IMG/VR virus record: IMGVR_UViG_3300033463_000001
Span: 83,298-147,297 of that record
Strand: one strand, 5' to 3'
DNA length: 64,000 nucleotides
Origin: a virus
Taxonomy: Duplodnaviria; Heunggongvirae; Uroviricota; Caudoviricetes
The translations under genes were made by a program, and so were the position numbers. Below are positions 1 through 9,876 of this stretch, piece by piece (the first letter of the stretch is position 1; each line of letters starts with the position of its first letter). The notes under the pieces were generated by a model. That model was not told the origin of the DNA, did no database searches, and saw only the letters and a list, made by a program, of their open reading frames with translations.

Positions 1-1374
1 TCTGTAATTGAAATTATTGTCCGCAGCGAACTTCTCAAGCTCGTTGATTGTAAAGAAGTCTTTCGTGCTTATTTTCTGGTCTTCATCACAGAAAAAATAT
101 GCTACTCGGCCGACACTCTTAATAAGATTGAAAACATGACTGCTTTCAATTTCTTTCGTCTCGTATCGTCTATTGCCTCTTTCGTCTTTTACCTCACACC
201 CGTTCTCATCGACCACAGCAGTACTAAGATATTTGTTGAGAGTTTGTGCTTCATCAAATATCATTACATCGTGGTTAACGTTTTGTAAAACAGTTGGTGT
301 TTTAATATAGCGCTTCAACTCATCGAATTTAGCGCCACTCTCATCGTTCTTACTGACATGCCCGTATTTCTCAGTAATTAGCTCACGACACGCCTTGAGC
401 ATCTGTGCGCGGCGCTCCCTGTTCTTAACATAAAAACCAACGTTCACTCCCATAGTAATAAACTCATACAAGAGAGTGTGTGCAGCCATACTCTTGCCAC
501 TTCCAGGACCGCCGGATACTGCAACGATATACCTGTTCGGGAACGTATTCTTGAGCGATGCGTAGAAACACCTCAGGAGTTTAGAGTACGTCACGCTCTG
601 CTCGTCGTTGAGTGAGTATTTGTCATGGAATGACATATCACCTGTTATTCCAAACTCGTCTTTTTTCTTCGAAAGGGCATCTTTAACCATAGCCAATGAA
701 TCCGGACTAATCGTAATATCCGTAGAAAGGAAATCGTCAGTGAATGTCGATACGTCTGTATACGTCAACACGCCGCTCAAGAAGCTAGCGAATTCCATCG
801 AGTCTTCTCTATTTCCGGAGTAGGCCATTATATTCTCGTTCGGCTGAATGAGGCTTCGTATATCAGAGACGTCAGTGGCGTTATGCATATAGATAACGCT
901 ATACAGCTTTACGTTACTCAGGCGCTTGCATAAACACTTAATAATAGCCTCGACCTGGCGTTTGTAATTTCGTATTTGCGGAAGGGGGTGAATGCGTGTA
1001 TCAGTCTGACTCAATACAGCATTCAGCATTCCATTTACTTCAACTGCTTTCCACTTCGTCCATTGTTTATTTTCTCCCAGAATCACAACAGGATAGACAG
1101 CATCTCCACCAATCAAAATCCAATCACACCTACCTCCGGCCAACTCGTATTCACACACCAAAATAACACTATCAGGTATTGAAGACATATTAATAATGTT
1201 CATCAATGCTGGTAGTGATTTCTCCCATGAACGCAACTCGGATGGATTAATACTTTCCTTAGCCGCTTTGCATTCGTCAACTATAAAACTTGCAATGCTT
1301 CTACCGGATTTCCTGATATCACCGATGGTCATAGCAAATTTGGCACGTGGTGTGCTTACAACAGTAGTCTCCAT
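1..1374 (-). CDS. DUF2075/Schlafen-group-like P-loop helicase with N-terminal PD-(D/E)xK (NERD-like) nuclease; 3' end outside window
   Basis: Absent from ORF track because it runs off the edge. Hand translation from ATG 1374: METTVV...SELRSWEKSL...EYELAGGRCDWILIG...GENKQW...HPLPQIRNY...YMHN, Walker A GGPGSGKS, Walker B IFDEAQ. Confidence 0.75.
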   Translation of the reverse strand, partial: METTVVSTPRAKFAMTIGDIRKSGRSIASFIVDECKAAKESINPSELRSWEKSLPALMNIINMSSIPDSVILVCEYELAGGRCDWILIGGDAVYPVVILGENKQWTKWKAVEVNGMLNAVLSQTDTRIHPLPQIRNYKRQVEAIIKCLCKRLSNVKLYSVIYMHNATDVSDIRSLIQPNENIMAYSGNREDSMEFASFLSGVLTYTDVSTFTDDFLSTDITISPDSLAMVKDALSKKKDEFGITGDMSFHDKYSLNDEQSVTYSKLLRCFYASLKNTFPNRYIVAVSGGPGSGKSMAAHTLLYEFITMGVNVGFYVKNRERRAQMLKACRELITEKYGHVSKNDESGAKFDELKRYIKTPTVLQNVNHDVMIFDEAQTLNKYLSTAVVDENGCEVKDERGNRRYETKEIESSHVFNLIKSVGRVAYFFCDEDQKISTKDFFTINELEKFAADNNFNYR

Positions 1375-1408
1375 TAACCTTTTAGTGTTTACATCTAATT
1401 TCTCGTTA

Positions 1409-1420
1409 CTAATATAGTCC
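1409..1420 (-). promoter_or_regulatory. GGACTATATTAG promoter-like box (putative early/middle class)
   Basis: Identical 12-mer also at 5821-5832(-), 7913-7924(-) and 61367-61378(+), each about 20-55 nt upstream of a start codon. Confidence 0.7.
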
Positions 1421-1471
1421 TTTTAACACGAATCTGCAACTATTTAAGGCTTCTTTTTCCATGCGTGCGAG

Positions 1472-1478
1472 TATTTAT
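1472..1478 (+). promoter_or_regulatory. TATTTAT putative late promoter
   Basis: One of 18 copies located upstream of, and oriented towards, a gene start. Confidence 0.7.
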
Positions 1479-1562
1479 TAGTATAGAAGGATTATGCGCG
1501 CACATCAATGCGCAGCGTTGCCATGCCGTGCATGGCCGTATTAAAAGCAATTTAATAAGATA

Positions 1563-2879
1563 ATGAATACTACTGTTACATTAGAAGAAGCTAAACGTGG
1601 CACTAACATGTTTATCTCGGCAAAGAACAACAAAACGCTATCAATCGTCGAGAGTACACTTTCACAAATTGGCAATGGCGCATATGCAAAGGATAACAAG
1701 ACTTTGTATTTGCATGTTAGCCCGGCACAAGGTAAAACTCTGAAAGAATCACTGCTGTTTGCGTTGGAACAAAATGGTGTTAACACAGCAAACGTAAAGA
1801 TTTCTAGAATGACAACGAACGAATCACCGTTGACTCGTTTCGCTCTCAAAGAGGGTGTTGTGGCTCCTTCTCGCGATAATGCTAATACGAAACGCATCCG
1901 TCTTACACGCGAAGGATTGAGTCGTCTTGTTACAAAGGCAGTGAATGAGGCATTGAGTAAGCGCGACCCGAAACTCGCGTCGCTTCCGTTTGACCAACAA
2001 GTTTCAATCTTGACCAATGAGGCAAGAAAGCACATGATACAGGAGGGTACTAGCAATTTCTTCCTTATCAACTCAGATACATACCACGCACTACCAGAGC
2101 CGGAAGACGAAAATGGTAATCGGAAAGAATGGGATGATGTGGATTATGACTTCGCTATTGAGGATGTTCGTGAAACATTCCTGAGTAACGGATGGGATAC
2201 GTGCGACAAAGATAAACGTTATTCGTACGACTCTTATTCTATAGGTGTCGACAAAACATGCGAACCGGAGAGCTTTGAGACGCCAATCTACATCATCGTG
2301 CTGGTTTGTCCGGGATACTATGAGTCTGCAACTATCGACTACGAAATCGTATGCGACTTTATGAAGCTGTCAGACTTCAACAGCATCGAGGAGTTTGCTG
2401 CTGAGTGTGTTGAATGGTGTGGTTCTTCTGAAACTGATGAGGATAAACAAAAAGAAATCGCAGAGGTTGTAGCAAGTATAAATGCAGGCATTGCTAACTT
2501 CGAAGAGGTAGTAGAAAAATGCACGGTTCCGTATGGTGTTTATGCTCGTTTTAGTAACGGTGAAACAATGTATAAAAACCTGCGCGAAGAGGATGTTGAG
2601 CATGGAGCTACCGATGAGAATGAAGATATATACAGTTACTCGTATTTTGCTAGCGAATTAGCAAAATTTGGATGGTCATTCCATGACTCATATGTTGACG
2701 ACAACGACGGTAGTGTTATCTTCGCAATCGACAAAGACAGACCCGAAGGAGTTGAGCTTGACGAATTGAAAGCTAAACTTCGCGAGATATACGGTAATAA
2801 TATAAAGTTTGGAACTCGTACAGCAGTACAGGCACCAGAACTAAAATCAACTGTTGTTAAACTGATTTATGCCGACTAA
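1563..2879 (+). CDS. Hypothetical multi-domain protein, putative internal head (cargo) protein
   Basis: 438 aa; late box upstream; internal IRLTREGLSRLVTKAVNE motif; several h-x-E sites. Confidence 0.55.
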   Translation: MNTTVTLEEAKRGTNMFISAKNNKTLSIVESTLSQIGNGAYAKDNKTLYLHVSPAQGKTLKESLLFALEQNGVNTANVKISRMTTNESPLTRFALKEGVVAPSRDNANTKRIRLTREGLSRLVTKAVNEALSKRDPKLASLPFDQQVSILTNEARKHMIQEGTSNFFLINSDTYHALPEPEDENGNRKEWDDVDYDFAIEDVRETFLSNGWDTCDKDKRYSYDSYSIGVDKTCEPESFETPIYIIVLVCPGYYESATIDYEIVCDFMKLSDFNSIEEFAAECVEWCGSSETDEDKQKEIAEVVASINAGIANFEEVVEKCTVPYGVYARFSNGETMYKNLREEDVEHGATDENEDIYSYSYFASELAKFGWSFHDSYVDDNDGSVIFAIDKDRPEGVELDELKAKLREIYGNNIKFGTRTAVQAPELKSTVVKLIYAD

Positions 2880-3849
2880 CCAATACGACATAATAAAAAG
2901 AGTTGTCGACGAGGCGCTTGTGCATGTTTTACACGAAGACTGCGGAGGTGCCACGACGACTTTCTTTGTTGGTGGAGAGGGTGGATTTGCATACGATAAA
3001 AACGCATTACCACAAACAAAAGACCCGGCATACGTCCATCGCAAAAAAGGTGGTATAGCATGTGACAGAATTGATTCCGGAAAGACAACTGTAGAGGAGT
3101 CCACAATACCACTAAAAGACGTGGTGGATAAATACTATCAAGATGCAGATGAACAGGGAATTATTGCTGCACTTGATTTAGACCCAACGTCACCAACTGG
3201 TGCACAATTTAAGCGTACTCCGGACGGAGAGATGGTACTTGACATAGAAGCATCTAAGAAAGGTAGATTTTTCGCTTGGATAATGAAAAACTACGAAATC
3301 TACTGTGACGATATGATGTGGTGGGAGGACGACCTTAAAGATGCCTTGAGTAAATTCGTAAAAGCGTGCCAGGTGAACTATGACGGTATTGACAGGGATA
3401 TTAACAAATATTCAATTCCAGGTCTCATAGACACCATGTTCGCTATCGACCCTTCTGATTTACAAACTAAGAGCGAACGCTGTGAACAGTTTAAAACGCT
3501 ATACGAGGATGACGAATGGGTTATCTACAAACCACTAACTCATGATGCAGCGCGCTTCCTTGGACACGGTTCACGTTGGTGCACTTCAGCCGGTGATAAC
3601 GGAATCCATAAAGGTACGGAATCATTCAACGCATACGCAGAACAAGGCGGTATATACATCAACATGGATAAACGGACAGATGCGCTTTATCAATTTAATT
3701 TCACATTTGGTGAATATCGCGACTCAGAAAATACAGAAATCATCCCTAACGAACGTGATTTCACAAAGATAGCGCAAAAAATAGGCATGCCAGAAGGTGC
3801 ATTCCAATGGTACATGAATAACATTACAGAACTGCAGAGTTCGAAATGA
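2869..3849 (+). CDS. Hypothetical protein with C-terminal PcfJ-like (WCT motif) domain
   Basis: WVIYKPLTHDAARFLGHGSRWCTSA...FNAY...YQFNF; N-terminal IIKRVVDEALVHVLHE. Confidence 0.5.
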   Translation: MPTNQYDIIKRVVDEALVHVLHEDCGGATTTFFVGGEGGFAYDKNALPQTKDPAYVHRKKGGIACDRIDSGKTTVEESTIPLKDVVDKYYQDADEQGIIAALDLDPTSPTGAQFKRTPDGEMVLDIEASKKGRFFAWIMKNYEIYCDDMMWWEDDLKDALSKFVKACQVNYDGIDRDINKYSIPGLIDTMFAIDPSDLQTKSERCEQFKTLYEDDEWVIYKPLTHDAARFLGHGSRWCTSAGDNGIHKGTESFNAYAEQGGIYINMDKRTDALYQFNFTFGEYRDSENTEIIPNERDFTKIAQKIGMPEGAFQWYMNNITELQSSK

Positions 3850-3881
3850 AATAACTATTAAACAAATAAACAAACAAGAAT

Positions 3882-4364
3882 ATGGAACAGACGAAAATCG
3901 TACGCCTTACTGAAGAGGAGTTTGTAGGCGTTATCAAAGAATCAGTAATGGAGATTCTTGCAGAGAATGGTGTTGCCTTGAACGAAGACTTCTTCGACAA
4001 CCTAAAGAGCGGTGCAAGGGCTTTCTTCGGAAAAGGACCTGGTGATAATAACGCCACATCCAAAGCTGCTCGCACTCAGTCTGGAGGCCTGAACCTTAAA
4101 AAGCGTTTCGACGCAGCAAAAACTGGTTTTGAGATGCGTAAACAAGGTGACGAAATTGGGCAGGTTGTTCAATTCCTGAAAGATTTGGTTGCAAAGAAAG
4201 AGCTTGACCCATCGTTCACTATCGCCCAGTTGATTGGTGGCAAGTTGAATGGTAACAAGTTTGGTGTTCTTGACGCAATGAAAAACAACCGTTCTGCGCA
4301 AGCTTCGAGGGCAATCAACAAAATCTACCCGAAAGTAGAAAAACAAGCAGCTCCTCAAGCGTAA
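3882..4364 (+). CDS. Hypothetical basic protein, putative internal head protein
   Basis: N-terminal KIVRLTEEEFVGVIKESVMEILAE motif. Confidence 0.55.
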   Translation: MEQTKIVRLTEEEFVGVIKESVMEILAENGVALNEDFFDNLKSGARAFFGKGPGDNNATSKAARTQSGGLNLKKRFDAAKTGFEMRKQGDEIGQVVQFLKDLVAKKELDPSFTIAQLIGGKLNGNKFGVLDAMKNNRSAQASRAINKIYPKVEKQAAPQA

Positions 4365-4385
4365 TCTTACGCTTACTAACGAATG

Positions 4386-4418
4386 AACCGGATGGCTGGA
4401 TTTCCAACTCATCCGGTT
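4386..4418. terminator. Hairpin between convergent genes
   Basis: aaccggatg...catccggtt stem followed by a T-run. Confidence 0.5.
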
Positions 4419-4810
4419 TTTCTTTTCTTATCTGGGAGGTATTTGATGTGTGGATACGTACTTTGGATACCCAACTTATATTTTTTATTGAGGACAGTTT
4501 TAGCTATCCAAAACAGCCCACAATGTTGGAATGAACCACCAATTGGCTCTATTGTTGAATAGACATAGTAGTGAATCATTTCATGCACAAGAACGCTACG
4601 GAATGATTCTTCATCGAAATCCACATTGTAAGCGATAAATATGGTAGCGTCATAAAGTTTATGCGTTTCCTTATCGCGCTTACATTTAAACATGCCAACA
4701 TCCTGGAACCCATCAATTAGACGGAATTTTGGCATCTCTAGTGTGTCTCTGAAATAAAGGTGATTATACTCTTTGAATTTATCCCTTAATAATCTGATTG
4801 TAACGTCCAT
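4409..4810 (-). CDS. SprT-like zinc metalloprotease
   Basis: YNHLYF...VLVHEMIH...H.GLF (HExxH plus distal His). Confidence 0.8.
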   Translation of the reverse strand: MDVTIRLLRDKFKEYNHLYFRDTLEMPKFRLIDGFQDVGMFKCKRDKETHKLYDATIFIAYNVDFDEESFRSVLVHEMIHYYVYSTIEPIGGSFQHCGLFWIAKTVLNKKYKLGIQSTYPHIKYLPDKKRKTG

Positions 4811-4840
4811 AACTACTATCCGATTTCAAGATTAAACACG

Positions 4841-5191
4841 TTAATCTTTATAGAATGCCGGGGCAGCTCCGAGGTACAACCTCTGCTTTAATGTCGTTGC
4901 ATCAGTTTTATTCATTTTGAATTCAGAAGCAACCTCACCGATAATTGTACCACTCAACGACTCTTTAATTTTATGGTCATTGAATGGGATATAATAAACA
5001 AGACCGCGATTAATGCGTTCTTCTTCTGGAAGGTGTGAATCTAGCGTAATTATTTCTTCACTACCACCACGTTTGCAGTATTTGCATGTCGTTGCAATAT
5101 ACTCGTCCAAATCCAGGCTAGGAGTTGACGCGGCGAACAATCGCCGTAATGCCTCCATCTCTGCCTCAAACCATTTCTTTCTACTTACCAT
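4841..5191 (-). CDS. Hypothetical protein
   Basis: 116 aa ORF tightly packed in a minus-strand operon. Confidence 0.55.
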   Translation of the reverse strand: MVSRKKWFEAEMEALRRLFAASTPSLDLDEYIATTCKYCKRGGSEEIITLDSHLPEEERINRGLVYYIPFNDHKIKESLSGTIIGEVASEFKMNKTDATTLKQRLYLGAAPAFYKD

Positions 5192-5403
5192 TCTATTTTA
5201 AATGTTAATGGGTCTTCTGTTATCTTATATCCATTCCATCTCGCTTGCATCCGGAGGATTGCCATATTGAGAAAATTCGTATTTTTCTTATCAATTTCTA
5301 CTTCCCTTCGGCCGGTAAACGCGAGCATTGCGATTTGGTCAGAAATAGGTAGCACTACGCCTTGGCCAGATGCAAGTGCAGATGCTGTTTGTGCACTTAT
5401 CAT
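5185..5403 (-). CDS. Hypothetical protein
   Basis: 72 aa ORF overlapping its neighbours by 4-7 nt. Confidence 0.5.
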   Translation of the reverse strand: MISAQTASALASGQGVVLPISDQIAMLAFTGRREVEIDKKNTNFLNMAILRMQARWNGYKITEDPLTFKIEW

Positions 5404-5801
5404 AACGTCTCTAAAAAATTTTGATATTCAATTTCTTTTTGTTTGTAGAAGCTACTACCGAACAATTTTTCCATGAAACGTCCGATATATCCAATCTCAT
5501 GCTTGTGGCGCTCAATTTCCAGTTTCTGTTTTTCTATAAATTCACTGATAAGCTTATCTTTCTCGTGATTTGCTTCGTAAAAATCCATTTGTATATCTCC
5601 AATGTTTGTGAACTCCTTTACGACACCACAATGCACCCAAGGGCTTTTAATATATACAAATTGTCCATGAATCTTGTCAATATAGATTGCTGTAGTGCAC
5701 TTGTCAATTAAAGCGCGAGTATTCTCGTCGAAGTCTCCATACGTCACAAACGTGACATTTTTCTTAATCGCCATGTCGGCGTTTGTTAAAATCAAAACCA
5801 T
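5400..5801 (-). CDS. Hypothetical protein
   Basis: 133 aa ORF directly downstream of a GGACTATATTAG box. Confidence 0.55.
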   Translation of the reverse strand: MVLILTNADMAIKKNVTFVTYGDFDENTRALIDKCTTAIYIDKIHGQFVYIKSPWVHCGVVKEFTNIGDIQMDFYEANHEKDKLISEFIEKQKLEIERHKHEIGYIGRFMEKLFGSSFYKQKEIEYQNFLETL

Positions 5802-5820
5802 TTCTAAATGTTTGTCTTAG

Positions 5821-5832
5821 CTAATATAGTCC
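5821..5832 (-). promoter_or_regulatory. GGACTATATTAG promoter-like box
   Basis: Exact repeat of the 12-mer, upstream of 5801. Confidence 0.7.
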
Positions 5833-5849
5833 CTTTTATCCAAACACAT

Positions 5850-5875
5850 AAAAAAAGAGCGGCACAACACCGCTC
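5850..5875 (-). terminator. Intrinsic terminator
   Basis: gagcgg/ccgctc stem with a U-run on the minus strand. Confidence 0.7.
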
Positions 5876-5880
5876 AATCT

Positions 5881-6969
5881 TCACTTTTTCATTTGCTCAA
5901 CTCTCGCATGAGCAACCTTATTCACAATCTCATTGATTTCTTTCTGAGATAGATAATAGGTTTTCTGCTCTGTTACAGGCTCAAGAACGATTGCCTTTGC
6001 CGCATTTTGGATGACATGGGACAACTCACCCCACTGGATGTACGGGAACTCTTTCACAATCTCAGTGTTAATCCATGTAACAGGTTCAACGCTACCATCC
6101 GGGTGACGTACAGTTGCAACGATGTACAGGATGTTGCTCATCAAGAACTGTTTATTAACAAGGTTCCTGTATGAGTTCAAATCGCTCATTTCTGCCTTGA
6201 ACGATGCCTCCTCCTCGGACACTTCAGCAACCGCCTTATCAACGGCCGGCTTGCCAAAGGAGCCAATCAAGAACTTCATCATTTCCTTATCAAGCTTTTC
6301 AAGCTCACCGTTTTCGTCAGCGAAATACCATTGGCTGCTCTGAAGGTTCTTACTATCTGATGCAAGATTCTGACGGGCAGCAATCTTATTTGCGTCATCT
6401 ATATTTGCATAGAATCCACCACCGAGGTAGTTCTGATATTTTGAACCATTGTTTGCATATCGAGGGTCAGTTACCCTACGCTCTCCGGTTCCACCATAGT
6501 TATGACGCCAGTCGTCGTCTTTATACTCACTAGCATCTTTGCCGAACCCATGACGGCGCCTAATGTCGAGCTCCTGATTGGTTGCGTTTTCGAAATCTTT
6601 TGCAAGACTCTTGTCGTCGCGCCAGTTAATTTTGTAGCTACCAATTTTTACAATGTGACCATCACCGATATCAAACGGAGTGGTCGCCCTTGACCCTGCT
6701 AGCGCCTGTTGGTATTTCTCGCTATCACGAACCTTGCCAAGTGCCTGGCCGAATTTCGTTTGACCATTGGCGTATGTGCCAAGTTTCTCGTCGTTGTCCT
6801 TGTTGACATACTTCTGAGTCTTAGAGCCATACTTAAACGTGTGGGATGAGAGGCTGTTAGAGTCCTCGATGTACCCAAGGTGAACGAATTGGCCGGGGAT
6901 AATTTCGTTGGTGTTGAAATTCCATTGGCCAGTCAAAATCGTGCGTTCTTTTGCTTCTTCTAGTGTCAT
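5881..6969 (-). CDS. Hypothetical protein, putative internal head protein
   Basis: 362 aa; late box at 6994-7000(-); starts MTLEEAK; C-terminal YYLSQKEINEIVNKV motif. Confidence 0.55.
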   Translation of the reverse strand: MTLEEAKERTILTGQWNFNTNEIIPGQFVHLGYIEDSNSLSSHTFKYGSKTQKYVNKDNDEKLGTYANGQTKFGQALGKVRDSEKYQQALAGSRATTPFDIGDGHIVKIGSYKINWRDDKSLAKDFENATNQELDIRRRHGFGKDASEYKDDDWRHNYGGTGERRVTDPRYANNGSKYQNYLGGGFYANIDDANKIAARQNLASDSKNLQSSQWYFADENGELEKLDKEMMKFLIGSFGKPAVDKAVAEVSEEEASFKAEMSDLNSYRNLVNKQFLMSNILYIVATVRHPDGSVEPVTWINTEIVKEFPYIQWGELSHVIQNAAKAIVLEPVTEQKTYYLSQKEINEIVNKVAHARVEQMKK

Positions 6970-7001
6970 ATATAAACAATTTTTTTACTATCAATAAATA
7001 C

Positions 7002-7892
7002 CTATTTTACTTCGATTTTCTGAAGAGCTTCGAATAAACGGTCTGTTTTGTTGCCTACCCTGATAAGTTCATAGGAACCGTCGTCTTTCAAGTGGATAAT
7101 ACGTCTGCCAAGTACAGGTATTCCAAGTCCCTTCTCAATTGGAATTTGATAAGCAGCGAGTTGCAATTCATAATGTGAAAACGCCTCATCTACCATATCA
7201 TCGAATGGAAATAACAATGTATTGTTGTTCACCCTATTATAGTCACTGTATAGAGTGTCATTCGTCTTGTAGTCCATAATAACAACACCATCTTTCCCGG
7301 ACACAGGGTCTTCATAATACATCATTAAATCGAACATGCCTGCGTACGGGTATATTCCATTTATTTTAGCAGAATACACCTTCGTTTCCACTAACATTGG
7401 ATATAAACCTGGTGTTTGCATTATATCATCCCAAAATTTAATTGCGGCCAACTCTTTACCTGAGTTCGGAACGAAAAAGCCTTTCTCAAGCTGTCGTTTA
7501 AACATCGGGAGGATTTTATCATCCTGACATGTGTAATGGTAATAACATGACTCGGCGAACTCATGCACATGTGTTCCGCTGTTCGTAGCAATAACGTTTT
7601 TCAGCGTCCACCACTTTGTTACAGTATCAACACTAACATGATTCTTCTTCGCAAAGTTCTTTTTAATCTTATCCCAGTCTGGCTGCGATTGGAACATATG
7701 AATCATGCTTGTTACGGGTACCAACTCAACACCATTCAGCAAGTATTTATGAGAACCCTCTATGAAGATGACATCCCCATATGCTTCGACGATTGCGTCT
7801 CGGTATTTGTAAAAATTCTCCGACAGTTCTTTTGTTTTATTCAACTTTCGGATTTCAGCTTCTGTCATCAGCTCTAGATTTTCCTTTGCCAT
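7002..7892 (-). CDS. PD-(D/E)xK exonuclease (RecB/Cas4-like fold)
   Basis: GTHVHEFAE, ETKV, AGMFDLM, IMDYKT, YELQLAAY. Confidence 0.8.
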   Translation of the reverse strand: MAKENLELMTEAEIRKLNKTKELSENFYKYRDAIVEAYGDVIFIEGSHKYLLNGVELVPVTSMIHMFQSQPDWDKIKKNFAKKNHVSVDTVTKWWTLKNVIATNSGTHVHEFAESCYYHYTCQDDKILPMFKRQLEKGFFVPNSGKELAAIKFWDDIMQTPGLYPMLVETKVYSAKINGIYPYAGMFDLMMYYEDPVSGKDGVVIMDYKTNDTLYSDYNRVNNNTLLFPFDDMVDEAFSHYELQLAAYQIPIEKGLGIPVLGRRIIHLKDDGSYELIRVGNKTDRLFEALQKIEVK

Positions 7893-7912
7893 GGTTGTTA
7901 CGTTTTACGTTG

Positions 7913-7969
7913 CTAATATAGTCCTTTTATTCGGAATCATATGGTTTTTACGTGTAAAAAGGTATTTAT
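7913..7969. promoter_or_regulatory. Divergent promoter pair: GGACTATATTAG (-) and TATTTAT (+)
   Basis: ctaatatagtcc at 7913-7924; tatttat at 7963-7969. Confidence 0.7.
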
Positions 7970-7992
7970 AGTTAGTAACAAAAGAACTAGAA

Positions 7993-8688
7993 ATGGCAAA
8001 TACAGCAAAATTCACACAGGAATTGTTAGATGAAATGGTAGCCCGCTCTCTGGAGAAATATCGTATCAAAGAAGGATATGGTGAACAAGATAAAAAATGG
8101 GGTGATTTAAAGAACCAGGTTGTTGGCCGTATCAAAGATGCATTCCATGGCGTAGAGCAGGAACCACAAGGCACATCACGCAACGTAGGTCAAACGCTTG
8201 GTAACTACGTAAAAGACAATTTCGGTAAAGACCAAGGATTCGGTTTGAAGAAGAAATTGCGCCAAGGTAAACGTGCATTGCAAGTTGGTGCCGGTGCCCT
8301 CGGAGCTGCAACAATTCCGGCGGCAGCTGCTGCTGGTAAAGTAACACGTGCAATCCAACAAACTCCGAATAAAGCGCGCGAAATTCTTCACAATATTATC
8401 GGCGAGGACGAAGAGAAATTGACAAACTGGACTGTTCCTACAGAGTACACACACTTTGCAATACGTAAACGCGATAACAAAATCGTAAACGGATGGGATT
8501 ATAGTGATGTAGAACCTGAACAATTGCGCCAATTCCCGCGTGATTATTTCACAGTAGACCTTGAAGATATGGGCGTCGACCCGAAACTATTTAAAATTGC
8601 AACGAAGAGAGGCTGTCTCAGCAAACTCGGCATCGACCCGTTTGACCCTGAGAACTGGAGCAACCTTTCTGCCGAAGATGTATTATAA
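7993..8688 (+). CDS. Hypothetical protein, putative internal head protein
   Basis: N-terminal AKFTQELLDEMVARSLEKYRIKE; late box upstream. Confidence 0.55.
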   Translation: MANTAKFTQELLDEMVARSLEKYRIKEGYGEQDKKWGDLKNQVVGRIKDAFHGVEQEPQGTSRNVGQTLGNYVKDNFGKDQGFGLKKKLRQGKRALQVGAGALGAATIPAAAAAGKVTRAIQQTPNKAREILHNIIGEDEEKLTNWTVPTEYTHFAIRKRDNKIVNGWDYSDVEPEQLRQFPRDYFTVDLEDMGVDPKLFKIATKRGCLSKLGIDPFDPENWSNLSAEDVL

Positions 8689-8700
8689 GTTTAAACACAG

Positions 8701-9297
8701 ATGAGTAAATATCTTGTTATCCTAGACAATGGACACGGGAAGAACACTCCAGGCAAGTGTTCGCCCAAAGATTCTGATGGTAACCAAATCTTTGAGTGGT
8801 ACTATTGCAGACTTATCGCAAATGCGGTTAAAAAAAGACTTGAGGCTAAAAACATCGCGACCTATCTCACTGTTCCGGAAGATGTAGATGTTGCACTGTC
8901 AACACGCGCAAGCCGGGCTAACAAACAGATTGCGCTTGCAAAGAACAAAGGCATGAAATCAGTTATGGTTTCAATACACCTGAACGCTGCAGGCACTGGA
9001 GATTGGAAGAAGGCTACAGGCTGGGAGGTTTGGTCTACTACGTCTAAAAACAACAGTGACAAACTTGCTGATTGTTTCTGTAACGCGTTCAAAGATATTT
9101 TCCCGAAACAAAAACTGCGCGGCGCAAAAGAGAAGAACTTCACTGTTATCTTCAAAACAAACTGCCCATGCGTATTGACGGAGAACTTCTTCATGGACAG
9201 TCAAGACGACTACAAATTACTACAATCAACCGAAGGTTTCAATCAAATTGTTGAATTACATGTACGTGCATTGCTAGATTATATGGCAAAAAACTGA
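8701..9297 (+). CDS. N-acetylmuramoyl-L-alanine amidase (Amidase_3), probable endolysin
   Basis: ILDNGHG, FEW, SIHLNA, VLTENFFMD zinc-amidase motifs. Confidence 0.9.
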   Translation: MSKYLVILDNGHGKNTPGKCSPKDSDGNQIFEWYYCRLIANAVKKRLEAKNIATYLTVPEDVDVALSTRASRANKQIALAKNKGMKSVMVSIHLNAAGTGDWKKATGWEVWSTTSKNNSDKLADCFCNAFKDIFPKQKLRGAKEKNFTVIFKTNCPCVLTENFFMDSQDDYKLLQSTEGFNQIVELHVRALLDYMAKN

Positions 9298-9300
9298 TTA

Positions 9301-9849
9301 ATGGCACAAGTTTGTTTTATTGTAGCAATGCTGACAATTGTGTTTTATTATGCATTTTTGTCAAGCAATTTTCAACTGCCGGCGTCGTTTTGCGCCGGTG
9401 GTTCTTTAATGAGGCGTAAGTTCGGTAGGTTTACATTCATACCAAACATTGTTCTTGCTATCATTACAGCGTGTATGGTACCACCTGCGTTACTTATAAT
9501 CTCGCACGTCACAACTTGTTTGCTTCTACAGTTTTTGCTATATTGCATCGCTGCAGTCACGTTTATATCATTCATGTTCGTAGCGTGTACGATAGGAGTA
9601 AATAAAGTTAGCTCAATACATGAGATTCTTGGAACAGCCGGTGAATCATTCCTATGGCTATGGGCAATTCTTGTATCGTTTTATTTCGGAACGGTGTTGA
9701 TATCTCTTGCGACGATTGGTATCATCTTTTCATTACACAGTATCCATAAGGAACAGTCTAGAAAGATGATGCGCTATCTATTCTGGAGGGAAGTAGCGGC
9801 TTATGCCGTCTATTTTGTGACAAACGCTTGCATTTTGGCTATTTTGTAG
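9301..9849 (+). CDS. Multi-pass membrane protein (possible holin or lysis accessory)
   Basis: About 5 hydrophobic segments; immediately follows the amidase. Confidence 0.5.
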   Translation: MAQVCFIVAMLTIVFYYAFLSSNFQLPASFCAGGSLMRRKFGRFTFIPNIVLAIITACMVPPALLIISHVTTCLLLQFLLYCIAAVTFISFMFVACTIGVNKVSSIHEILGTAGESFLWLWAILVSFYFGTVLISLATIGIIFSLHSIHKEQSRKMMRYLFWREVAAYAVYFVTNACILAIL

Positions 9850-9876
9850 TATTTATTGGTAGTAATTAGCACAAAA

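Noticed and set aside
7002-7892. Cas4 or CRISPR system
   Set aside because: No four-Cys Fe-S pattern, no other cas genes and no repeat-spacer array seen in the window.
9301-9849. Firm holin call
   Set aside because: Supported only by hydrophobicity and adjacency to the amidase; kept as a membrane protein.
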